DNA of 64,000 nt from Atractiella rhizophila. Taxonomy: Eukaryota. Under the pieces are notes generated by a model. That model was given only the letters and a program-made list of their open reading frames with translations. It was not told where the DNA came from and ran no database searches. Below are positions 12,748-25,941 of the stretch, one piece after another (within the stretch, counting starts at the first letter, position 1; each line of letters begins with the position of its first letter). Location: positions 1 to 64,000 of the forward strand of contig MU271242.1 of assembly GCA_021432655.1 (NCBI GenBank), in the 5' to 3' direction. The position numbers were made by a program, and so were the translations under genes.

Positions 12748-12990
12748 AAAGTCGGGACGGCCCTAACCCTAAATCACCTTAAATCTCACAAATTCCAGCT
12801 GTTGGTGTTGTGGACTGTTCTGTGCTTTCATTAGTTGTACAGCTGTCTGAATGAGTTTCTGGAGATCGATTGTTTGGTGGGCCAAAGGTGTTAATGATGT
12901 TGCATTGCGATTCCATATTGTGTGTTGAAAGAAAGAACGCTGTTCCCGACTTTCTGTTCCGTGTCGTGATATCGGGTATCGTACGAACAC
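12748..12990 (+). ncRNA. Candidate telomerase RNA template/pseudoknot core (unverified)
   Basis: CCCTAACCCTAA (12761-12772) enclosed by helix AAAGTCGGGA/TCCCGACTTT, followed by nested stems and a possible pseudoknot; see findings. Confidence 0.3.
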
Positions 12991-13549
12991 CTACCCCTTG
13001 TGCATTTCGTATGTCGCCGTCTTGTACTTGCGCTCTATGCTCTGTCCTCCAAATCTAGTTTGTTCCTCTCTCCGCTCTCAGTCCTTTGCGACAGCATCAC
13101 ATTCGTCAGTCCCTGAACTCTAGAACTGTCTTGCTAATCGATTGTCTGCTTATGCCTAGGCTTATCCATATCGACGACTGCCAGCGCCGTTCAACAGTTC
13201 AATCTATTCTATCTGTCTCTGACCACCGTTCCCTCTCCTTCCTCCACATCCGACTTCGGCTAACCGACGATGCCGCCAAACGCCAGCTGCAAACAAAGTA
13301 ACAATCCACGCAGAATGACAGTTCCGTTCCAACGACGCCCGAGTTCGCACGGATTCGAACGTTGCGATGAACCGCCGAGTTGGCACATCTGCTTGATGAT
13401 TGACGGATGAGAGGATTGACCTGTCCCAAAAGCGGATGGAGGCTGCCGCACCGATGGTATATAAGGGATGGATTTTGGACAGCAGATACTCATAATCAGC
13501 AAAGCGAAAAGATCAGTTCAAGCAGAAGAATCATTCCGATAAAAACAGA

Positions 13550-14974
13550 ATGTCGGTTACTATCAAGGGAATCAACAAGTCTACCGAAGTGGGAAGGATC
13601 GGATACGGTTGCATGTCCTTGTGAACTATCCCATCGCCTTCTCGTCTTTGAGCAGCTCTAACATAATCCGAGAGTAGAACCACGAAACCTGGACCCCCTA
13701 TTCCTGACGAGCAAGCGTTCGAAGCAATCAAGACTGCCATCGACAACGGGTCCACATTCTTGAACGCTGGTTAGTCCTCGTTCCTTTTCTCCTTCCTTCT
13801 TCTCTTTCTCTAAGATGGCCCTTCGCAGGTCAATTTTATGGTGGGGAGAAGAACCTAGAGCTCCTGAATCGGTTCTTCACCAAGTATCCCGAGTATGCAG
13901 ATAAGACGGTCCTGTCGGTCAAAGGCGCTTTCGACCTCGCGACTTTCCAGGCCGATTGCTCGACAGATGGATTGAGAAAGAGCGTGTTGAGGATTAGGGA
14001 GATCCTTGGTGGGACGAAGAAGTTGGACCTTTTCCAACCGGCCAGAGGTCAGTGTCCTCATCTCTTTCTTGAGTTGATGATTGAATGTTGCGGATAGTCG
14101 ATCCCAAAGTCCCGATTGAACAAGTCATGAAAGACCTAAAGGCGATGGTCGAAGAGGGACTTTTCGACTACGTCGGACTGTCTGAGTGAGCCTTAGCTTC
14201 TCCATGGAAGCTCGAATCTGATGTGAACTTGAAAGATGTTCTGCTAATACCATTAGGAAGGCACATGCTGTGTTCCCTATATCAGTGGTCCGTTTCTCCA
14301 GATACGATCAAATTCCTTTGTGTTGACGAGTCCGTTTGAAGCTGGAGGAAGAATACAGCCCCTTCTCACTCGATATGGAGAGGAACGAAGTGCTGGCAAC
14401 TTGTAAAGAACTAGGGATCCCAATTGCCGCGTATTCTCCAATCGGTACGTGCTTTGGACATGCTTGTCCATGACCACGAATGTGTCACTTATTGCGCACA
14501 ACAGGCAAAGGACTCTTGAGCGGCGAGCCCATAAACCCAAATGAGTTTCATGAAGGAGACTTTAGGAAACACCTCGACAAGCTTAACGTGAGCCGGGCTT
14601 TGGTTCGCTAGCCATTCTAATCTGTTGTGTCAGGGCGAGAATTGGGAAATCAATCAAGTGATCGTCCAGAAATTTAACGCGATTTCAGCGAAGAAGGGCA
14701 TTGCTCCTTCTCAACTCTCGCTCGCTTGGATCCTCAAGCAATGGCCGGAAGGATTCATACCCATCCCAGGCAGCGTGCGTTTTTCGTTCCTATTGTTTTT
14801 ATGGGCCATTAATAGCTTCGCTGTTAATAGTCTAGACCCAAAGTGGTTGGCGACAACCTGAAAGCTTTGGGTGTGACCGTCAACGACGAAGAGGACAAAG
14901 AGATTAGAGAAGTTGTGGGAGGTGTGAAAGGTGGAAGGTATTGGGGTGCTGTCGAGCACACTTTGTCCTTGTAG
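13550..14974 (+). CDS. Pyridoxal-reductase-like aldo-keto reductase, paralogue 2
   Basis: 'MSVTIKGINKSTEVGRIGYGCMS..FLNAGQFYG..LSVKGAF..LDLFQPAR..GLFDYVGLSE..AYSPIG..PSQLSLAWILKQWPEGFIPIPGS'; TATATAA near 13458. Confidence 0.92.
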
Positions 14975-16208
14975 TAGATAAAGAAACTTGCCAGATGTGA
15001 AAGAAAACATAATATTGTGCTTTGTTCGCAGCTTTCACTAGCTTCCACACATGCTTCACTTGGATTTTATCACGTGAGCACTGATGATTGGACAATATTG
15101 TCACTAGCCTGGTAAGTGGATGAGTAATTGTACGGTTAAGCATTAGGGGAAGACGCATGTTGGATGAAAGGAAGTGCAAGAGCTTTAACTGGGGAGAGCA
15201 CTGAGAATATATGTTATTGGTGCGTCCTCCAGTTGAGGGCAGGAGCAGAAATTGGATCGGCAGAATAGAAAGCCAAAATATATACGTCTCTTTGCGGGTT
15301 ACGTTCTTATAATATGCTTGCATTATCTTTGCTGCACTTCCATAATCAGCACGCGCAAGTTTCTTTCAACCAAGAAGTGGTGGAAGCCGAAGTAACTGAA
15401 AGTTTCTTCCAACCTACCTGTCTTCGACTTGAACCTATCCTTGCGGGTACATTTCTTCTTGTCCTGCACAAGACTAAGATTGATAGGAGAGCAAACTGAA
15501 AGCATGTAGATTTACTAATTATGCATCAGAGAAGCTGGCGTCGGCCTGTTCAGCTTAGTTACCTTAACTTTGAATATTTTGGACTGCATTTGCAGCTTCC
15601 AACTTGGAGGTAAGCGAGGTAATCTGATCTACTGTACCTTTCTGCGCCACTCCGCCTACTGTTCAAAATTCCGCCAAATTTCAGCCATAGAGCACAACTG
15701 AAACAGTTGACAGTATAATTGTGCTATTCCGACCTTCTTGCTATCTTCCTAGGGGTTCAGGATCGAACATATGCCGCGAGCTTTGTCCTTTATCCTTTTC
15801 TTGGCAATACGACGTTCACTCATCTCCGTTCTCGGATGTTTCCTGCCTGTTTTCTGAGACTTGACTCTTGCAGTGGTCAGATTCTGACCTTTCTTTATCC
15901 TTGCTCGGCCCTTTTATCCAATATATTGAACTGTTGAGAGGGCTCCCTCTCAAGCGCACTGCTCACATGATGACTATCCTGAACAGTAACTGTCATCGGT
16001 TTCGTAAACGGTGGTGTGAACATGCCTCGCGTCTCTCTCCGCTTTCGGAACGTCGGGGACCGATAGTGCACTTGCACGACCTCTCCCGAAATGGCAGCTG
16101 CGACGTAACCATGATGAGAGACCAGAAAACAGGGCTGAGCACGATGCTGGTGCCTATAAAAACCGCTGCAAGCCAAAGGCGCTTCCCGTACGCAAGCAAA
16201 AGCTAACT

Positions 16209-17567
16209 ATGGCATCGAACGTACAGAATGTCACCATCAAAGGACTCCACAAGTCTACTACTGCAGGAAGGATAGGATACGGATTGATGAGTCTGTACGA
16301 CGGCGCCTGCCCATGTTTGTCCTGCACGCTGAACGTCTGATAGAACGGCGAGACCTCAAATCATTAGCGATGAGCAGGCATTTGAAGCCATTAAAGCAGC
16401 TATTGACGCAGGGTCTACGTTTCTCAACTCTGCTGAGTTTTATGGCCCTCCTACAGATGGCGAGGCAAATCTCAAACTTCTCAATCGCTTTTTCACCAAG
16501 TATCCGGAATACGCACCCAAGTGCATTTTGTCTGTCAAAGGCGCTTTCAATATGAAAGCATTCCAACACGAATGCTCTACGGAGGGATTGAGGAAGAGTG
16601 TGCTGAGGATCACGGAGCTTCTTGGAGGGAAGAAGCGACTAGATGTTTTTGCACCGGCGAGAAGTAAGAAACCTTTTTCCTGCCCTCTGTGTTGATTTCG
16701 TTGTCACAGTCGACCCAAACGTGCCGATCGAGGATATGATGAAGGATTTAAAAGCTATGGTAGACGAAGGACTATTTGATTACGTCGGACTATCAGAGTA
16801 CGCACATTCTTTCAGGCGAAACCGCTGACAATTGAATAGGTGTTCTGCCAATACCATCAAGAGAGCGCACGCAGTATGCCCTATCTCTGTGGTGAGGTTT
16901 CATCCTTCTCCTACTCTGCTGCATCTCACCTGCCAATTGGCAGCTGGAAGAGGAATACAATCCTATCAGCCTTGACATGGAGAAGAATGGCGTGCTCGCC
17001 ACTTGCAAAGAGCTCTCTATTCCAATCACCGTGTATAGCCCTCTTGGTGCGCCGCGCGTATATTCATGAAGGACATAGCTGACTATTCGCTGGAATAGGT
17101 AAAGGACTCCTTAGTGGTGAGTTTACGAAACCGACCGATTTGCAGGAAGGGGACTTCAGGCTCCGCTTCGATAGATTTCAAGTCAGGATGAATCTAATCG
17201 CCTTCTCCCTCCTCACTGTTATTCTAGACCGAAAACTGGGATACCAACTATGCTCTCATTACCAAATTCAAGAAGATTGCTGAACAAAAAGGGGTCACAC
17301 CTGCGCTACTCTCCCTTGCATGGATCCTGAGGCAATGGCCAGAAGGGTTTATTCCAATCCCGGGCAGTGTTCGTTCATTTTCTGTCGCTTCTCTCGATGG
17401 CTACTGACGCATCATGACAACAGTCGAGGCCAGATGTAGTGGTGACCAACTTGAAAGCTTTGGAGGTTGCTCTGACAGATGAAGAAGACGAGGAGATTCG
17501 ATCTGCGACAGCAGGTGTGGTGGGTGGAAGATACGGCAAGTTTGCGGAAAGATTCCTTTCCGTCTGA
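16209..17567 (+). CDS. Pyridoxal-reductase-like aldo-keto reductase, paralogue 3
   Basis: 'MASNVQNVTIKG..GRIGYGLMS..FLNSAEFYG..LDVFAPAR..GLFDYVGLSE..LAWILRQWPEGFIPIPGS'; TATAAAA near 16156. Confidence 0.92.
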
Positions 17568-17739
17568 ACCTTGCAAGCCTCTTGTCATGAAATTGATTGG
17601 GTCTCGTCATAGTGGAATTGGATTTCAGCGATCAGAAAGACCTGGTGTATAAATTTGAAAGATGTGTCAAGCTGTGTACTCGAACCTACCAGATAGTGGT
17701 TGAATCACACGGTACTAATTTGACAGCTAACAAAGACAC

Positions 17740-19128
17740 TCAAGCAGTCAAGTTACTCGTTATTTGCGTGCTAGGGCTCTCCACTGACAGAAAGTGCTGA
17801 AACTGCTTGGGATATCTGTCCCCAACAACTCCAGCAGTAGCCTCTCTGATCTCCTTGTCTTCCTCATTCGTTACCACGACATTCAAAGCTCCGAGATTTT
17901 CTAAGACCACGTTCGCTCTCGTCTGTTGTGACATGAGTACTCTCATGCATTATATTCGGGGATACGTACAGTTCCAGGAATTGGCAAGAAGCCCTCAGGC
18001 CATTGCTTTAAAATCCAGGCAAGAGCAAGCTGGGGAGGAGTGATGCCTTTCTTCGAAGCAATCGACTTAAATTTCTTGATAAGAACAGCATTCTTTTCCA
18101 AGTTCTCGGGCTGAAATAGGACATCAGTACACAACGTAGGGAAAAGAACCCTCACTTGAAACCTTTCATGACGACTTCTCAAATCGCCTTCAGGAAGGTC
18201 GGACGGTTTTTCGACAACCCCACCAAGCAACCCGCGACCTGTTCACCCTCAGCACAATAAACACGTTAGAAGACGTAGCATACTGAGAGGACTGTAAGCC
18301 GCCAGGACGATTCCAAGCTCTTTGCACGTCTGTAAGACTTCGTTCTGCTCCAGGTGGAGCGAGAAAGCGCTGTACTCTTCCTCGAGCTTTAGCGTTCAAA
18401 TTCAGCGAGGCAACAAAGGGTGAGACAACAACATACTACCGAGATGGGACAAACACCGTGTGCTCTTCTGATCGTGTTCGCAGATGCCCTGTACTCCTTT
18501 CGTCAAGCCTCTTTCTTCGAAGTAAAAAATAGTGTGTACTCCGATAGTCCGATATAATCAAAAAGCCCGTCCTCCACCATGCCTTTCAAATCCTTCATGA
18601 CCTGTTCAATGGGAATATTCTTATCCACTTCATCGGTCCGGCACATCAGCCACAGCTCCTGCCAAGGAGCGTACTTACCTCTGGCAGGCTCGAAGAGATC
18701 CAGTCTCTTATTTGGTCCTAAAAGCTCCTGAATCCTCAACACCGTCTTCCTCAAATTATCGGTTGAGCAATCCGCGGTCATGGTTTGCAGGTTCAGAGCC
18801 CCTTTGACTGACAGGACGCATCTGTCTGCATATTCTGGATACTGAGTGAAGAAACGATTGAGCAACCTCAATCCAGATTCAGAATCTGGTGGATATCCAT
18901 AGAAGATGGAACTATTCAGAAACGTCGCTCCGGAGTCGATGGCCGTTTTAATGGCCTCGAAAGCTTGCTCGTCGGGAATGGGGACGGGTCTCGCTGTCCT
19001 AATGAGAAATCGTCGTCAACTCTTGAAAGGAGGAGAGAAAGATCAACACACAAACTCATGAGCCCATATCCGATCTTCCCCACTGTAGCGGATTTCTTGA
19101 TACCCTTGATAGTGATGGTGTTAGACAT
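17740..19128 (-). CDS. Pyridoxal-reductase-like aldo-keto reductase, paralogue 4 (convergent with paralogue 3)
   Basis: 'MSNTITIKGIKKSATVGKIGYGLMSL..FLNSSIFYG..LSVKGAL..LDLFEPAR..GLFDYIGLSE..PPQLALAWILKQWPEGFLPIPGT'. Confidence 0.92.
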
Positions 19129-19698
19129 CTTGCCTTATGCGACTTGCCACCTCTGAAATTGTAGCCTGACTGTAGGGATAAGGGAGATGGCATTCCTTTT
19201 ATATCCTCCACGGAACCATGCCTCTGCGACTGACAGGTTTACACCTCGTAAGTCTCCGAGTCTGTTAAAAAAGCTGAACGTAAGCGGATAAACGCAGGAT
19301 GACGAGCAAAGGAACCGACACCAAAGCGACTGTTTGACGGAGAAGGGAGTCGTTCATTAATATTATCTAAACGTAAAACTCTTACTCTAGCTGGCTTGTC
19401 CTCCTTGCCAATCGAACGCGTATCCGCCTCGCCGGACACCGAAGTCGGAGGATGTGGAGGGAAAGTCGCCTTAGAACAAACGTGTGAAACGCCATTTCTG
19501 CGGTATCCTGCTCCCAAAGCTTCGTAGTGCTGGGAATGCAAGTATACTCACTTTCACTAGTCGTACAAGACTCGATAAAAGGAAGAATGGTGGACACTTT
19601 GTTTCTTCTATCGTGACCATGCGCTCTCCGCAAAACATCACGGGCAAATAAGCAGGTTCACTACTTTCGTTCCAACGTATACTTCGTGATATGACAGT

Positions 19699-21525
19699 CT
19701 AATCTATCCGTTTATTGTCCTCTTCTCTCCAATCGTGTTCGGATTCATTTATGGCCAAGCTTTGTACTGATGCTAACAGAGCTGAAAAAACGATGAGCAC
19801 GAACTCATGAAGGGATACGTAGAGGAGCATACAGATAATGATAGTGGCGAGCCAGAAAAAGTTTGATCCCTGAGCCCATGAGAAGCAGGCGGTTCCAATG
19901 GCTGGACCAAGGGCTTGAGGAAGGATGGTGGTCATCGAGAGGACAGCTGTCGCATCAGAATCAGGGTTGCATTGACCAATCAGATAAACGAGCCACGCAC
20001 CGTTAACGGACGACACAGCTTGCTTGGAAGGGGTGTGATCGCTCACTAGCACAGTGATAGCCGCCCACGCCCATCCGGTGGTGGACCACACAAGGAAGAG
20101 AGCTCCAACGGCGAGGATGAACCTCCAGTCGTCCTGGCCGTACTGTGTGGCGAGCCAATTCAGGGCAGGAAAGAAGGCAAAGGTGACAGGGTAGGCAAAA
20201 AGGGACAATTGATAGATCGCTGCAGCTCCGAATCGCTTTTGTAATGGAGAATAGACCATTATAACTGCCAAGGCTATAGCGCTTCGAATGGACATGTGCG
20301 CTCCGATAGCTGCTGGCCCCAATCCGAGACCGCCGGAGGAGAGAGGGATGTAGCAGAAGAGCGGATAGAGAGCGAAAAGCCCTTCACAAATCCCACACAT
20401 CAATATGTTGGAGAAAAAGAGGTGGTACAGTTGGGAATTCATGTGCTCTCGAAACCCAAGGAAACGGGAGGTTGTTTTCGGAGGAGTGGACAAGTCGTCT
20501 TGAAGTGTTGAAGAGGAAGAAGATTGCTGAAGCTCGTCAGTTCGTTTAGGCTCCCGTTGAAGCGTTTCTTTTAAAAATATCAAGCCAATGCTGGCGGCGA
20601 ATACTGGACAAATTTCTTTATCCATATCATTGTAAGAGAGAAGATGGCTCACGGGCATAAGCGCAGCCTACGGCGCAAGGTAACAAGAAGGGATGCCTCG
20701 CCCACCATCCCTTCGCCCAATCCCATCTCTGCTCCGGATGAACAAGGGTACCACCAACTGGTTGGCCAAGAATCTGGCCGACACTTCAGATGAATATAAG
20801 ATCAGCACCTCCAAACAATACCGAAAGAAATCGAAAAGGACGCACCGGTAAAACACAGCAGTGAGAGTAAACAGAAACGGGAGTGTCTCTCGCGTGCTGA
20901 TTTCCATGATGATCATCCTTACGAGCGTGAGTTGTCCCCCGAATGCGCCACCCAGCATTCGAGTGAGGAGGAGATCCCGCAGTGATTTTGAGAGGGAGAA
21001 CAGGAGAAGAGAGATCCCCATTCCACAGGTTGAGGTGACGAGTACTGGCTTGCGACCTATTACATCGGCCAGACGAGTGATTGGGATAACTGTTGTCCAT
21101 TGTTAAGAGGGTTGAGCGTGAGATGGGGGGACAAAGACAAACCAGCAATGAATTGCACGATCGCGAAGAGCGACTCGATTAGACCGCTATAGAACCCAGC
21201 ATCTGTTTCATCTTTGACGACTCCAAGCTCAACAATGAACTGTTAGACGGACACATATCAGAATGCAACGCATGCAATATGTATCCGAGCCACGAACCTG
21301 ATTGACAAATGGAAAAATGCACTCAAAAGCGAATGGAGTCACAAAGTGCATCATCATGACAGGTATTGCTTGTGACCAAGGAAAGCCGCCCTTTGGAGGT
21401 TGCGACTTGGAGAGGAGAGGAGATGTCTCTTCGGCATTTTCATTCGTGTCATGATGGCGCATTGGAGAATTCAGATCGGTGAGCTGATCGCGCTCTTCGT
21501 TCAAGGTCGTGCTTTCGGACTCCAT
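19699..21525 (-). CDS. Major facilitator superfamily transporter, multi-exon
   Basis: Many hydrophobic helices; 'IFPFVNQ', 'AGFYSGLIESLFA', 'RLADVIGRKPV' (MFS motif A), 'PLSSGGLGL', 'QALGPAIG'. Confidence 0.88.
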
Positions 21526-21925
21526 CGTCTCGAGCTATAGCGCTCTTCAAGATCCCAAGAGGGTTATCAGAAAATCTTTTTCCTTTACACGATGTGAGGG
21601 TATAGGTGTAACAGGAAGTTAGTACCGTACTGCTGAATGGAATCAGGCCTTGTGCGGCTTGGACACACAAATGGATTGTTGATATGCCACTCACAATATG
21701 CTCTCTTTGAGCAGCTAGAAGTTTTTATATCCCACTCTCTGCTTCCTGACCACCTCCTGGAACTGACTCGTAGTTTTAGCACGCGTCAGGCCACTGTGGC
21801 TCCTTGGTGGCTCCAACGGCGAAAAAGAACCAATGGAATCTACTCCGACTTCGGTGACAACAACTGTACTGGGAAGGCCGAATGAACTCACATCCCTGAT
21901 CGATCGCTCACCACAACGGTGCACC

Positions 21926-24193
21926 ATGGCAGCCACTCCTTCCAACAATGCGCCTCTTTCCCCTTCGGAGCGGCAGCACCAGTCGGGTCTTGAGCGCATC
22001 AGGAAGTTCTGCAGGAACCAGCAGTGTTACAACATCCTGCCAGAATCCTTCAAGCTGGTCGTATTTGACACTACCATGAGTATGGCCCTTTCATGCCAAT
22101 CAGATAAGAGCTGAGGGATTTGGTCGATGGCTAGAAATCCTTGACGCGCTCCTAGCCATGGAGATCAATGGTGTAGTATCAGCACCGTTGTGGGATGGAG
22201 CAGATGGTCGATTCGCCGGAATGTTCACGCTGCCAGACGTCATACACCTAATTCAATATTATTATCAAACATTGGTGGAACCAGAAGACTCAAAAGAAGA
22301 GGTGAGGAAGTTTAGGCTAGGCGATTTTAGAGGTGAGTAAATATTTGAACAATCAGAGGGATGGAAGTGCGCGCATTGTTCTTTGCATGGGCAAGAGGGC
22401 TTTCCTGATGCGAAAGTGGAAGAATGGGTCGTTACAACTGTGAAGGGCTGGAAGCACTGTTAGGTTTGTGCTGTCATGCTTCATCCTTGGACAGAAACAT
22501 TGAACATTCTAATATCGCTCCATCTAATTCTGCTGCATGACCTTTCAACTTCAATTTTTGCGTTTGTGGTCGCATCAGTCGAGGTTTACAAATTGAGCAC
22601 ACAACTTTACCAACAGTTCTATTCCTTAACGTGCTCACTGTGGACAAGTTCCTGCTGCGTCAGCGAGGCTATGCTATGTTTAAGGCACGCCGTGTTTGTG
22701 GTTGATTTGAATCACATGTCAAAGGCATCGCAGACGGCTCTGCCGCTCAAGCTCAGTGAAACATCCTTGTCTTAATGTGCTCATCAAGTAATATTATTCT
22801 TCAGTTTTAAGCGCTGCCTTCCGACACTTCCATTGTTGGAGCGAAAATATCTTTTTTTCTTAAACACAACATCTTCACACTCCAACGCAACAAAAAGGTT
22901 ACGGTAACTTTCACGCTGTCGCCTAACTCTGAATAGCTATATCCGTGCATCGCGCACCATGGAGATTACAGTATTTCATGCCTGAAAACGTTTAGCCTGC
23001 AAATCCCAGGAGAATTCAGGTGCAGCACACATTTCCTGATTTTCCTTCATTGACAAGGGTACCTAATCACCCTATCATAATTTCACCCAACGACGCATAG
23101 CATGCTCGCTTCCGAATCTCGATAAACTCCTCTGTTCAGTCAACTGTTCGGTTTACTTGGGAGGGAACGCTGAATTATATCTGCTCTCAGGCATCGAAGA
23201 AAAACTAGGTGTACCACCACCTCCAACACTCAGCGTCCACCCCGACGCGACGCTGCTTGAAGCTTGTCTGACACTATCTCGAACACACGCTCGCCGACTG
23301 CCTATCATTTACGAGGATGTGAAGACGCGCTCGGATGCCATCATTTCTGTTCTCACTCAATATCGTGTGCTCAAATTTCTAGCTATCAACGTAAGTCCCC
23401 ATCGGATGTGTGTCTTTATTGAAAGGTACTAACGAAAGATAGTGTGCTTCCGATTGCGCAAAGCTTGTAAGGACCATTGGGGAGTTGGGCATTGGAGTTT
23501 ACGTCGCCAAATATCAACCTGGAGTGGGACTTCCGGATCGAGGTCTAGAACGTAACTACTTCTTCCTTCTTCTTTTACCTTGCTAATTACCTTGAAGCGG
23601 GAGAGGACCCGGCGAGCCTTTACCATCCGCTTGCAGTGGCGACATATGATACAACAGTTTTCGACGTCGTACACATGTTTTCAGAGTTCGGTATTTCGGC
23701 AGTTCCCATCGTAGACGATGAAGGCCACGTCGTTGACCTGTACGAAACTGTGGATATTATACGACTGGTCAAGCACGACGATTATACCCTCTTGGATCTG
23801 ACGATCCGGAAGGCGATAGAACGGAGGGACTCCACCTTCCCTGGAGTGGTCACTTGCACCCCAAACGAACCAGTCGCTTCTATCATGGAGCACATCAAAT
23901 CCAATAGAGTCCATCGATTCGTAGTCATCGATAAACCGAACGAGAAGGGGAGGATACCCAAACTCGTTGGTGTGGTGACGCTGTCAGATATTCTTAGCCA
24001 TCTCGTCGGTTTTGAAGCTGAAGGCCTCCTCCAAGGGGTGGGTGAACTGGATTGGTTGCTTGGGAGTGGATTTAGAGGAGAGACTGGGAAGGTTACTCAA
24101 GGAGCGATTAACCAAGTCTTACAAAAGAGGAAGGAAGAAATCGAAGGACATACGAGCACAGAAGAAGGAAGCCGTCGTGGGAGCGAAAGTTGA
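21926..24193 (+). CDS. SNF4: AMPK/SNF1 gamma subunit (CBS domains); start may be ATG 21926 or slightly upstream
   Basis: 'CYNILPESFKLVVFDT', 'NGVVSAPLWD..FAGMFTLPDVIHLIQYYY', 'HARRLP..SVLTQYRVLKFLAIN', 'ISAVPIVD..DLYETVD', 'RVHRFVVID..VGVVTLSDIL'. Confidence 0.95.
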
Positions 24194-24634
24194 ATCTAAA
24201 ACGTCCTCGAACATTCATATTCTCGGATGGCCTCGTTAGAAGTCTTGCGTTTAAAAGATATTTCCTCATCTTCTTTGCATACTGTTTCGTTCAGTTTATT
24301 ACGATGTTGTGACCCTTTAGAATCTTCTTTCGCCGTAACATAACCAATCCTTTTCTGGTCAAGTTGATGAGTGAGATGGTATCGAAGTGTCTGTAGCGTC
24401 TCGAAACGAAAAATGATTTAGAATTGTTGCAATGCAAATCATAGTGCGGTTTGTTGTCTGATTATCCTCCTACTAAAGCTTCCACAACATGACATTTGCG
24501 AGCAAAAGCTTCAAGCGCAAACCAGGAGTGTTGAATGCCATAACAGGAAACCTTATTCGCCACCTTCACCTTTTACGGTAAAGTAACCACGATTAACACG
24601 ATTAACCAGTTACGAGTTCCTTCATTTGGCTAGA

Positions 24635-25890
<1,256 letters not shown>

Positions 25891-25941
25891 ATGTTCAGAA
25901 GGGTACGGATGACATATTACAATCCAAGAAGGAACTTCTTA

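Noticed and set aside
14980..16150. Short ORFs between AKR paralogues 2 and 3
   Set aside because: No recognisable protein, repeat or structure; treated as intergenic.
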